Assembly: GCF_963921235.1 (NCBI RefSeq)
Contig: NC_086097.1
Span: 160,210,001-160,274,000 of the forward strand
Direction of reading: 5' to 3'
Length of the DNA: 64,000 nt
From: Mobula hypostoma
Taxonomy: Eukaryota
The notes beneath the pieces were generated by a model. That model ran no database searches. It was not told where the DNA came from and saw nothing but the letters and a program-made list of their open reading frames with translations. The first letter of the stretch is position 1. Every line of letters starts with the position of its first letter. Both the position numbers and the translations under genes were made by a program. Positions 50,460 to 62,259 of the stretch are shown here, one piece after another.

Positions 50460-50662
50460 TGAGGACAGCAGATTTCCTCCCCTAAAGGCTATTAGTGAAA
50501 CAGATGGGGAGTTAGCTTCATTATCTCCATCATGGAAGCAGAATTTTTATTTCAGATTTGTTTAACTAATTAAATTTAAATTCCCCATCTCCTATGATGG
50601 ATTTTGATCTCTTGCCTCTGGATTATCCCTCCAGCCTTGTAACATAACTACTATATTATCAC
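50460..50662 (-). mobile_element. Degraded tRNA-derived SINE fragment
   Basis: ggacagcagatttcctcccctaaagg...aatttaaattcccca...cctctggatta...gtaacataactacta; recalled resemblance to elasmobranch SINEs. Confidence 0.4.
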
Positions 50663-53600
50663 AAGCTAAAATGATCCACCGCTGATGTAACTTGTCAGCT
50701 TCCTTTATGAGTGATGGGCTAGTGAGAAACCCCTTAAAGTTCTGTCTGCTATTAATTATATTCAATCTCACCCTCTGAACTGCACGTGTGGGTCTCTTAA
50801 ATACTGATCCCCTACACTTTTCAATAGGTGCTGACATTGACATTTATTGCATCCTCGCTAAATAAATCACTTCATTTTACAGTATATGAAAGGAAGCTCC
50901 ACTCAATTTAATCCTGGACTTTAAGTAAAATTCCACCTACTCCTAAAGCAATTTCCTTGTCATTGTTTCCTTAATCCAAAAATCCATTCCTTGTTCCTCT
51001 GCCTGTGTGGTAGACTTTGATAAAGTCATAGCCATGGAAACCTAAAATGAATGCCAGAATATTTTTAAACTGATGGTGCAGCAGGGAATTTAAAAGCGGA
51101 ACAGAGCAAATTAATTACGAGATGTTAATTATGTGCTGTATTAACTGGCAAGAAATGTGTGTAGGCACTTACGGAACAAAACTACAAGCTTACAGAGCAG
51201 TATAATTGTCTGCATTCACTGTCTGTTTTCTCTGCCCTTTTGGATTAGTGTAGTTTTTATGCTGTTTCTGAGCAAACCAATGACTTAACAAAATCACTTA
51301 ATCATAGAGCAAAAGGTACGCATGAAAAAATAGCTATTAAAAGCTTTTTGCTGAACTACTAAAATCTACTTTTCTGCAACTTGCTTCCACTTTTTGAGCC
51401 ATTCACAGAATTCAGATATATACGTGGCCGGATATGTACAAGCTGCAGAAACTCCATTAAAGTAGGTCAGGGAAAACTTTGTAAATTGTATCCTTCAGAA
51501 ATTGATACACTAGATAATATTGCTGTTATCTTTTGAGTAATGTGTCAAGCTAAATCATAATGAATATTTTTTCAAAACCTTCAGAGTATCCAATATCATA
51601 AACCAAACGTAAAATTTGAACATAGGATTACCTGGAACAGTAGAATCAGTTCTTGGAACAGTTTGTCTACTTTCAATGGACTTCTATTATCTCAGTGGTA
51701 TTCACCTATCCAGGCCCTTTACCAGATAATTTGTTTGAACATGAACAATGGAAAATAGGAGCATTAGTAGGCTACTTGATCCTTAAGGTCTGCCCTGCTA
51801 CCCAATATCATTGTGGATGATCTGCCCGAGGATTTAACTCCTCTTCTCAGTGGTGATTGGAATGAACCACCTGACTGATAATGACTGAGGGAAAAAATCT
51901 TGCCCAGGGTAGATAAGATTTTCAGAGTATCAAGTAATAAGTACAGAAAAATGATAGAACAAATGTATCGGAGAAGAATATGTTAAGCCAACAGTGAACT
52001 AGTTGAACTTGTGCCCAGAATCAACAATCAGCAAGTCCATGTTGGGTGCCAGAGGGTTACAGTACAGTCCTTTAAACAGGAAACGAGGTTCATTTCCTCT
52101 ATTAAATGCACACTTCTCTGGTTCTGCTATGGCAGCATTAATTGGTACCCCTTTTTTTAAAGTGTATTCCAGGATTTCTGCAATTCCTCCTGTCTTCACT
52201 TCTTGAGTGCTTGCATGTCTTGGATGAAGAGACAAAATGCAAACTGCAAGCTAATATTACCTTTGGACCGTCCCATTGTGAATCTGTTCAGACTGTCCAT
52301 TCCAGAAGAGGTCAGAAAATACAATGTGATGTAATTTCAGCCTTTGGCTGTAATCAGATCACATTCTCTCACTGCCTGATGACCAAAGCTTCAAAATTTC
52401 CATTTCAAAAGCAATCAGGTAGTGCACTTAACATGCTCATACAACTAGTGTCTCGCGAAAAATAACCATTCAATCATAGAATCATTATCATGTCACAAGT
52501 AGAGGCCATTGTGCCCATCCTGTCTTTGCCAGCTCCTTGAGGAGAAAACTATTTAGTCCCCTTCTTCAACACTTCCCCAAGACCCCTGTAAATTGCTTTC
52601 ATTCAGATGCTTGTCCAATTTCTTTTGGAGAGTCCTTCTCCTTCCACCATCCATACAAACAATCAGTTCCTGATCATTTTATCCCTCACTATCTACATAT
52701 TTTTGCCTCTATATAATTTTTTATTCACCTTTAATTCTGTGATCCCTGATCTTTGAACTCAGCTCACTCAATTCACCACAGTCACTGTTTAAGGTGCTGA
52801 TGTTAATGGTGACACAGAAAGATTGGTTTTCAACTCAACTAAGATCTGATCTTCTAGTACCTGTGATGAGGTGCACTGGATTGATTGAATTTTATGGATA
52901 CAGGAGAACAAGATAAGACCCCTCATTGGAAGGTGTTCCTTTAGGAAACCTGGTGATCCTATTGTTTTCAGACCACCGTCTAGTAATTGGATGTCAGCAT
53001 AAAAATAGATTGGCTTTGCATGTAAAGAAATGCTGAAATATGATTGTTGTGTACTCCATGCTACAACTCCTTGATAGGCGGTCATGAGTTAGCTGAAAAA
53101 GTTGAAATAGGTGGGTTTATTTCCCCTAGAGTGAAGGAGGCTGAGAGCTGAGATGATAGAAGTATATAAAATTATGTGAGGCATTGATTAGGTATATAGC
53201 CAGTGTCTGTTTCCCATGGTAGTGAAGTGTAAAACCAGATGGCATAGGCATAAGGTGTTAGCGAGGAGGTTTGAAGAGAATTCATGAAGTGAATTTTTCA
53301 TACAAATGACAGCTGGTATCTGGAATGAGCTGCCAAAAGTACTGATGGAGACAAGACCAGTCACAATATTTAAGAGGGATCTGATCAGGGATCAGTGTTG
53401 AGACCTCTTCATTTCACGTTATATGTCAATGATCTGGATGATGGAGTTGATGACTTTGTGGCCAAGTTTGCAGATGAAAAAAAGATAAGTGGAGGGGTAG
53501 GTTATGATGAGGAAGCAGGGAGACTACAGAAGAGCTTAGACAGATTAGGAGGATGGACAAAGAAGTGGCAGATGAAATACAGTATCAGGAAGTAGAGGGA

Positions 53601-54133
53601 ATAAAGGCAAAGATTATTTTCCAAATGGGGAAAAAATTAAAAATCGTAAGTACAAAGGGACTTAGGAGTCCTCATGCAGGATTCCCTAAAGATTAATTTG
53701 CAAATGGAGTCAGTGGTGAGGAAGGCAAGCTAGAATATAAAAGCAACGATGTAAAGCTGAGGCCTTATAAGACACTGGGGAGGCTTCACTTGGAGTATTA
53801 TGAGCAATTTTGATTCCCTTTTCTAAGAAAGGATATGATGATACTGAAGAAGGTTCTGAGGAGGCTCACAGGAATGATTTCAGGAATGAAAGGGTGGTGT
53901 ATGATGAGTATTTGATGCCTCTGGGCCTTTACTCATTTGAATTTAGAAGAATGAGGAGGGATCTCCTTGAAACCTATTGAATCTTGAAAGGCCTAAACAG
54001 AGTGAATATGGACCAGAGGGCACAGTCTCAGAATAGAGGGATGTCCATTTAGAATGGAGATGAGGAGCAATTTCTTTAGTCAGAAAGTGGTGAATCTTTG
54101 GAGTGTATTGCCACAGGCAGACCTTAAGGCCAG

Positions 54134-56611
54134 TGTTATGTTTTGTAACTCCAAAAAATTTAAATAATTGAAAGCAAAAATATGGAGCCGGGAATAATCT
54201 AACTTAGTTTTGTTTTTACTTTAAGCAAGATGTGTACTTATAACATAGTAGTGTCATGACGTATGTAATTCATTTCTTTTTACATATAACCTGTAATGAA
54301 TTATTTAAATGAACACAAATGCTTAATCAAACAATATATTTACAATATTACTCAAATACTACTAAAATATTAAATACACTGTACTCCCTACTTAACTATA
54401 AACTCTAGCTTAATATAGAATGCATCTCAACGATATACACAGTATAATATAAAATGCAACTACAATACAGACATCCGCAGTGAAGTAATTTTAAATTGTC
54501 TCATTCAGGCAGAAATATTTAATCACGGTGGAGGCTTTATTACTCTTGTGGGATAACTTTTCTTCCTTACAAAGGGGATCACTCTGCTTGGCAGGAGAGA
54601 CTTGTGGTTGCGAAACAACCTCAGGTTCTGAGGTTTTGAGGCCTCCTTCATGATGGTTGTAGTTGGCTCTGGGACTGCAGGAAGTGGTTCTGACAGCTCT
54701 GGCCACCTTTCTTCTCAACTGAACAATCTGTCATCTCTAGATGATATTAGACCCAAAATCTATTGAGTAGGAAAGTGGTCCAGTTCTGACCTTAATCTTT
54801 AATAGTATTCACTTTTCAGAATCAGAATCAAAATCAGAATCAGGTATAATATCATCAGTATATGTTGCAAAATTGTTAACATTGCGGCAGCAGTACAATG
54901 AAATACATGGAAAATAAATATAGAGGAAAAAACTGAGTTACCTCCCTCCTGATGGTATCAGTGTGAAGAGGGCATGTCTGAGTGGTGGGGATCCTTAAGG
55001 ATAGACCCTGCCATCCTAAGGCACCACTCTTTGACATTACAGAAGCTAGTACCCATGACGGAGCTGACTAATTTTACAAGTTGCTGCAGCTTACTTCGAT
55101 CTAGTTCAGTCGCCCCATCCCCGTTCATACCAGATGATGATGCAACCAGTCAGAATGCTCTCCCCAGTACATTTGTAGAAGTTTTTGAGTGTTTTAGAAA
55201 ACAAACCAAATTTCTTCTAACTCCTAAATTGAATATAGCTGCTGTGCCTTCTTTAGAGCTGCATCAATATGCTGCGTCCAGGTTAGTTCCTCAGAGATAT
55301 TTACACCCAGAAACTTGAAATTTCTCACTCTTTACACTTCTGATCCCTCTAAGAAGATTAGTTTGCGGTTCCTGGTCTTACCCTTTCTGAAGTCCACAAT
55401 CAGGTCTCTTGATCACCTCTGTTGTCCCTCGCCAGAACAACTTATCCAGGAGCGAAACACCAAACCTTCTTGTTTGAAGAAGCTTTCACTTTGTCCTGCA
55501 TACTCCTTCTGAGGTTGGGATTGAGGAGATTTAAGTGTGAACACAAGGGATGACCAAGCACCAGCATAGCTGGTGAGTTGTTGGTTGTGGAGTGTACTGC
55601 ATTGCAATACGCCAGGAGGAAATAGGTGAGCTTCTGATTCAGCATCAGTGTAGAGTTTTGATATTGCTCGAAGTTTGTTCTTTAGCTCTGAACAAACCAT
55701 TCCACCATGCTATTTGTAGCTTTGTGGTATGGTACACAACCTAATGATATCAGTACATCATCAAGCACCAATCTGACAATGTTCAGACAATGTCCTCAAT
55801 TCAGCCAATACGCTGAAATGGACTCCCCTTCCTTTTGATTCTGCTTATGAACCTAAAGCACCTACAATCAACAATGGTTTCAGTTCTAAATGTTCCTTCA
55901 TTACTTTCACAAAATCAGCAAAGCTCATTTCAGCTGGTTTGGTTGGAGCAGTCAAAGTTCTAAGCAACCTGCATGCTTTTCCATCTAATGCACTCAGAAA
56001 AACTGCCGTGTTTTTCATTGGCTATTTCACTTGCTTCAAAATACAGCTTGATTCATTCTGTATTCAATATCCAGTTATCTGTTGTGTAAACAAAAATGTC
56101 AGTCATTCCGATGTAGCCAGTCATTTCTGCTCTTTTTTATGATTATTATCATGTGATACTCACTGCTTATAAACCTGTAAGTTTGTCTGTCTTCTGCCTT
56201 TTTTTTAAACCTCTATAATGTCTGTCCCTTCAAAGGAAGCACAAGCTGCATTGTTTTTTTTACTCAACTGTTTCGTGCTGCCCTTTTTTTAAACTCGAAC
56301 AACCTGCTATGTTTCAACTGGTAGGTAGTTGTCTTGGGCCTGTTTTAATAATATCTTGGTGACACTGTTATGTTTTGTAACTCCTAAATAAACTACTTGA
56401 AAGCAAAAATACAGAGCCAAGAATAATGTATGTTAGTTTCATTTTTACTTTCAGCAAGGCATGTATGAATGACATGATAGCATCATGACGAATGCAATTC
56501 ACATTTTTTGCTGAAAACCCATATTGGATTATTTAAATGAACTAGAATGTTTATTCAAACAATATATTTACAATATTACTCAAATTCTACTGAAATATTA
56601 AATACACAACA
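54134..56611 (-). mobile_element. Ty3/Gypsy LTR retrotransposon, internally deleted, both LTRs present
   Basis: LTRs 54134-54383 and 56366-56611 (both start TGTTATGTTTTGTAACTCC); TSD gccag / gctag; PPT-like tract next to 54384; gag remnant at about 55860-56120; integrase remnant FLLAYCNAVHSTTNNSPAML. Confidence 0.88.
54817..55412 (-). mobile_element. Rex1/Babar 3' fragment nested in the Gypsy internal region
   Basis: (AGAATC)n tail; similar to 47770-48520. Confidence 0.78.
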
Positions 56612-57214
56612 GCTAGGTTATTGGGTGTATTGAGGGCAGAAGTTGATAAGTTCTTGATTAGTCAGGGTGATATGTTACAGGAGAAGGCAGAAGGATGGGA
56701 TTGAGAAGGACAAGTGATCAGCCATGATGAAATGGTGGAGCAGACTTGATGGGTCAAATGACCTAAATCTGCTACTGTCTCTTTTGGTCTAATGGACAGA
56801 TACTTAAATGAGAAGGACACAGAATAAAATGGTTTCAATGCAGAGTGGGATTAATATGGATAATTATAGAGATCTAAATAAATGAGGTGAGGTACAGCAT
56901 CTGTCTCTGTGCTATAAACTCTATGACTCTATAAAAGTGCCATTATGTCAGGACTACAAAGATCATCAAGAGTACATTGGGCAAGCTACCTGATTTTCTG
57001 TGCTTGTCACACCGTCAATCACTATGATCACAGTTACTTAATTCTGACCTGCAAATATTCCATACTCCCTCGTTTAAAATGACTAATTAAAATCTCTACA
57101 GTTTAATTTGCTTTTTCTAACTAGGTCATTAGAGAACCCATGATTATATTAAAAATCTTCTGCAAATCTACTAAATAGTATAATCATGTAAGAACTTGAA
57201 AACACAGCATTCTT

Positions 57215-57400
57215 TTTTCAAGTTCCAGTCTATTGCCATTCAACCATACACAGTATACAACTAAATGAAACACCGTTCCTTTGGGTCAAAGAGTCACACT
57301 GCATATATAGTTATGATTCAGTGTACACAGTCGTATAAAGCACAATTCAGTCACAAAATAATATTAGCAGAAGTCCCTGAACAGCATGGCCTGAAGATTG
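57215..57400 (-). mobile_element. Rex1/Babar 3'UTR fragment
   Basis: ttcaagttccagtctattgccattcaaccatacacag is the reverse-complement relative of 50180-50222. Confidence 0.6.
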
Positions 57401-58583
57401 GTGCTGCATGGGATGTTGTCCTGGACTGTGTTTCTGTAAGAATAAGCACACAGTAGTTCTTCACCTGCACTGTGTTAGTTGCAGACCAAAGCAATCTAAT
57501 TTGTTTTCCAAGGAGTGAACATTGGAGAGCAGCTTTGATGAGAGAGCCAGCCTGCAGGAGTTAGCCTTTTAACCTAGCATAGATTCCAGCGAGCTCTCTC
57601 ACAATGCTTTCGGCACTTCCTCCCCTGGGTGGTTGTATCCAGCAATACTGTGGTTTGAGGGGTCGGTTCAAGCAAAGGCCAAAGCTATGCAGCTCCCCAG
57701 CTGTTGGTCCCACTAATGAACTGGACTCATAGTATTTTGTATTATTAATATCCAACAGGGTTTCACACTCATAAGACTAAAATGTAGGGTAAACATTTGC
57801 ACCATTTGCCCATCTTGTCACACTTCTGATTGCTCTCACACCACTTTCAGTGCCTCCTCCCCTGGGTGACACCATAGTATAAGGGCCTGGAGGGCCTTGT
57901 CCATGCAATAACCCTAGGCTATGCAGGTCCTCTGCTGTCAGTCTCACTTATGATCTGGACTTACAGTATTTTGTATAAATTATCTCCAGTGAGGTCTTGC
58001 GATCATAAGAAAAATGTATAAGACAAACATTTGCAATTGTTGTCCAACCCGGAGAGGCTGCTGAAACTAAGCAGGCCGCCATCTTACTGAAAATCCTTCT
58101 TGTCGATTTTCTTATAAGTTGGGCAAAAGCAAAATGAAAGAGAAACTCATGACATCCTTCTCAGTAACTAACATTATTTCTAACTTTGCAACTGAACTTT
58201 GATGACAGGGTAGGCTACAGTAGCCATGTTAGTGCACAGACACTTACTTGACACTGTTGTCAGTTGGTCCCTCAGACTTCTGTTCTCTAAGGAAAGTAGA
58301 TGTAGCCTATCCAATTTCTTCTCATAACTGAGATGCCCATCCCAAGCAGTGTCCTCGTGAATCTCCTCTGCATCCTTTCTGATGCAGAAGATTTTTGGAT
58401 TTCTGCCTGAGTCCACACTCCCCAAAACTGTCAGGAGTTTGGGAAGCTCATCAAAGGAGAATAAGTATTACACATTGCAGCCTCAAGCTATGGCAAGTCA
58501 CTGGGGAGAATCCCTTCTGACAATCTGTCTCATTATTGTGTTAAGATAACTTGTTTCTATCTTATTACTTATAAGATAGCAAC

Positions 58584-59011
58584 TGTTGTTGTGTGAATGA
58601 AGTCACAGGAGAAAATTACTGCTAGATACAAAGCAGCTTCTTTATTCAACAAAACAAGGTACAACAGGCATCATATGGAGACGCTTTCAGTTGAAAGGTC
58701 TGGCTGGCCCTACATTGGGGCTTGGTATTTTGTGTGCTAAACATCAAAGGACAATTCCATATTTACAAAGTATGGACAATGCTTTCTTTTAACCTACACA
58801 CAAACTTCACACCTCCATATTTGCTCGCACACCACAGACATCTAAATGAATTTTAATAAGTATTGTCTGGTCTGAGATTCATGGTTTTTAGGAACGTATT
58901 GTTCAGAGCTGCATTCCAAATTAAATCCACAATACATATTCAGATATGAGGACTGGTAACCCAAATCATTTGCTAAATGTAAATGTGCTACACCCAAAAA
59001 TTGTTCTAACA
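58584..59011 (-). mobile_element. Solo LTR, 428 bp, 5-bp TSD
   Basis: gcaac|TGTT...AACA|gcaac; AATAAA on the minus strand near 58641. Confidence 0.8.
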
Positions 59012-59199
59012 GCAACAAGATCAAAATGTAATGACAGTTGTCAGCATTTGAAGAAATTATTCTACAATCTTTAAACAAGGAAATATCAACACTACTGTAT
59101 CTCTGGTACATTTTATCTTTTAAAATACTAATATGGGAATGGAACTCTTTGAAAGATTTACTATGGGTCTTCAGGTTTTTGTACCAAAAAGTGTCTATT

Positions 59200-59760
59200 A
59201 CTCATAGAATAATTGAGCAATCAAGCAAAAATACAGGCCTTTCAGCCCAAGAAGTCCATGCCGACCACATTAACCACTTAGCTGGTTACAATTGCCTTTG
59301 CTTGGCCAATAAGTGTCCAGGGCCCTCCACCTCATGTATCTTTCCAAGTGCTTCTTAAATGATACTATTGCACCTGCCTCAACTATATCCACTGGCAGCT
59401 TATTCCATTTACTCAACAGCCTTTGCACGAAAAGGGTGCCCATTGTGTCCCTTTTAAACTTTCTCCTCTCACCTGAAACCTCTTCCCTCTAGTTTTGTAC
59501 ATGCCTACACTGGGAAAACACTGAATCTATCCACCTTAACTACACTTCTCATAATTTAAAAAAAGTCTATATTGTTGCCCCTCATTCCAAGGAATATAGA
59601 CTAATCCTTATAACTCAGGCCCTTTCATCCTGGCAATATCCTTATAAATCTTTTCTGCACTCCTTCCAGTTAAACCACATCTTTCCCATGACAGGGTAAC
59701 CAAAACTACACAGTTCCAAGTTCATCAATGACTTGTACAACTATAGCATAATCTTCCTTC
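59200..59760 (-). mobile_element. Old CR1 3' fragment
   Basis: catagaa...acaggcctttcagccca...ctggcagcttattcca..., similar to 14490-14900. Confidence 0.65.
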
Positions 59761-61384
59761 CTGGCACTATGGCAGATTTCTTACTGATAGTCACTCTTCC
59801 ACTAAATTGTAGTTATGCAGCCTTCCTGATGCATGCAGATGCTTCATTCAAGCACAGTACACACATTATTAAGGTGGCAGATGCCATTAGAGGTTGGGAG
59901 GATGCAGAGGACTTGAGCTACAAGGTCCAGCATGAACTCTAGTTATGTGTAGTACTACATAAAGCAGGAGTGTTCTGTAAGATACCTGCAAATATAGCAT
60001 CAATTTTATTGCATTTGAGCAATGATGCATATGAGTGCATGACTAGAACTTTGCAAAGTACCTAGAAATAGGCATGGAAGTAGAGTGCAGAGAACAGGCT
60101 TTCTCTGCTCTAGTTGGGCGAATCCAGTAGACTATAGGTGCAACATTGTCATGTTTTCAGATGTGTACATTGGATGAATATTGATGATTCATTAATTGCA
60201 CTCATTGGTGTTTGTGTTCAAAGCACAGAGCCTCAATTAGTTACCCTGGGCATTGAGTATTCAACAGGAGTCACTGCCAGGATGTTAGTATAAGATTATA
60301 CAAACACACAACTGTCTTAAATATAAACTGAAAATACTAAACAGTCAGTATTTGTGGAGAGAGGAAAGGGCATTTTATTGCAATAGGTAGACATCTCATG
60401 TTCAATTAAAGTTAATAAAGAACCCGAGAAAGGAATTTGTTGAAGTCTTAAAAAGGACAGGAATTTGGATTCTTGACCTCTCTGCATCACCAAACCATCC
60501 TCACTCCACCAACCCTCCTCATTACTGATGAAGAGGTCTTCAGTGAGTCTTTATCCTGTGACTAATGTAGAATAACAAAGCTGCCAGATTGAAATAATAA
60601 TTTACATGCTGACAATGACATTGGGAAATTGAAAGTGTAATGAATATTGAATGATGATGCTAATATGAGTTGGTTAACTTTTCTCATATATTGAACAAAA
60701 ATCACATTAATGAAAAGAAAAGGAAAAGAATTACTTCCAGACTCCAGCTTAAAATAAATATCATGGTGCTAAAATTCTAAAGGTTTGAAGAAGTTTGGCA
60801 TTTAACAACGTTAAACAGTTGTTTGATGCTGCAGCTTTGATTGGAGTTAAACTTTGGATGGCTACTTACTGACGCAGCTTTGATCATAATTAGACTTTAA
60901 ATGGCTGCTTAATACTGCCACTTTGATCATAGTTAGTTCAATTATTGTAGTTTATGTCTTAATGTGAAAATGAGGTGAGACTGTAATTGCAACAAATGGT
61001 TCATAAGGATATGGAAACAGAGAAGTGAAGCTCGTTTGTCGATAGCAAATGGTCTCACGCCTGCCCTTATCTAAAATGAGAACGCATTTCCTGAGCCAAA
61101 TATCCAGCAACTAGCTAATCCCTAAATTCTAAGAACCAAGCTGCCCTCAATTTCAAATGGGCTATTTTAGTGCTGCACAGAAGGGATGCATTACTTCAGG
61201 AATATTACAGACTCCCTAATTAAATCCAGTCGCAGAGATTTGCATACCAAATATTTGTAAAACACATTGTATATGCAGCACACACTGCTGAAGCCAGCTA
61301 GGTCAGGTAATCAGAAAGTGATTTCAGGCAATTAGAGATAGCAAATCATTGAATGTAACAGTGCAGAAACTGGCCCTTTGGCCC

Positions 61385-61624
61385 ATCTCTCATTGCAACA
61401 GTCAATCTCACATTGCAACAGTCAATCTCTCATTGCAACAGTCAATCTCTCATTGCTACAGTCAATCTCTCATTGCAACAGTCAATCTCTCATTGCTACA
61501 GTCAATCTCTCATTGCAACAGTCAATCTCTCATTGCTACAGTCAATCTCTCATTGCAACAGTCAATCTCTCATTGCTACAGTCAATCTCTCATTGCAACA
61601 GTCAATCTCTCATTGCAACAGTCA
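61385..61624 (+). repeat. Minisatellite, 12 x 20 bp (ATCTCTCATTGC[A/T]ACAGTCA)
   Basis: Direct count of 12 head-to-tail units with no spacers. Confidence 0.97.
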
Positions 61625-62215
61625 GAAGTTCCCACCTGCTTCAAAAGGGCAACAATTATACCAGTGCCTGAGAAGAGCAGGGTGAAGTGCCTTCCCACAT
61701 ATCATCCAGCAGCACTGTCATCCATGGTAATGTAGTGCTTTGAGAGGTTGATTATGGCTAGAATCAACTCCTGCCTCTGCAAGGGCCTGGATCCAGGGTA
61801 ACTTGCCTGAATCCACAATAGTTCTATGGTGGATGCAATCCCATTGGCTCTTCACGCGGACTTGGATCACCTGGACAATATTAATACCTATGTCAGAATG
61901 CTGTTTGACATCTCAGCGTTTAACACAAATATTCTTACGGTTCTGATCAAAAGTTCCAAAACCTGCTCCTCTGTACCTTCCTCTGTAACTGGATCCTCGA
62001 CCTTCAAACCGGAAGGCCACGATCTGTGTAAATCTGAAATAAAATTTCCTCTTCACTGACAATCAACACAGGCGCACCTCAGGGATGTGTGGTTGGCCCA
62101 CTACTCTACTCTCTCTCTACTCATGACTGTATGGCTAAGCATAGGTCAAATGCCATCTGTAAATTTGCTGATGACACAACTATTACGGGCAGAATTTCAA
62201 ATGGTGATGGTGATG
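61605..62215 (+). mobile_element. Rex1/Babar RT fragment, truncated at both ends
   Basis: [46 protein letters not shown]. Confidence 0.85.
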
Positions 62216-62259
62216 GCATTTTATTACATGTCCTCCCTTTTGCTATTCTGTTGGATTTG

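Larger units (their letters stand above)
53100..56795 (+). mobile_element. CR1 fragments (53100-53380; 53385-54133 continuing at 56612-56795) hosting a Gypsy provirus
   Basis: YVNDLDDGVDDFVAKFADE; CR1 sequence gccacaggcag...aggcc resumes as ttattgggtgtat after the provirus. Confidence 0.8.

Noticed and set aside
61385..61624. Regular repeat array that might be read as CRISPR or as a repeat-protein gene (ORFs 61349, 61378, 61413)
   Set aside because: Units are head-to-tail with no unique spacers, there are no cas genes, the context is eukaryotic, and the unit derives from the adjacent Rex sequence
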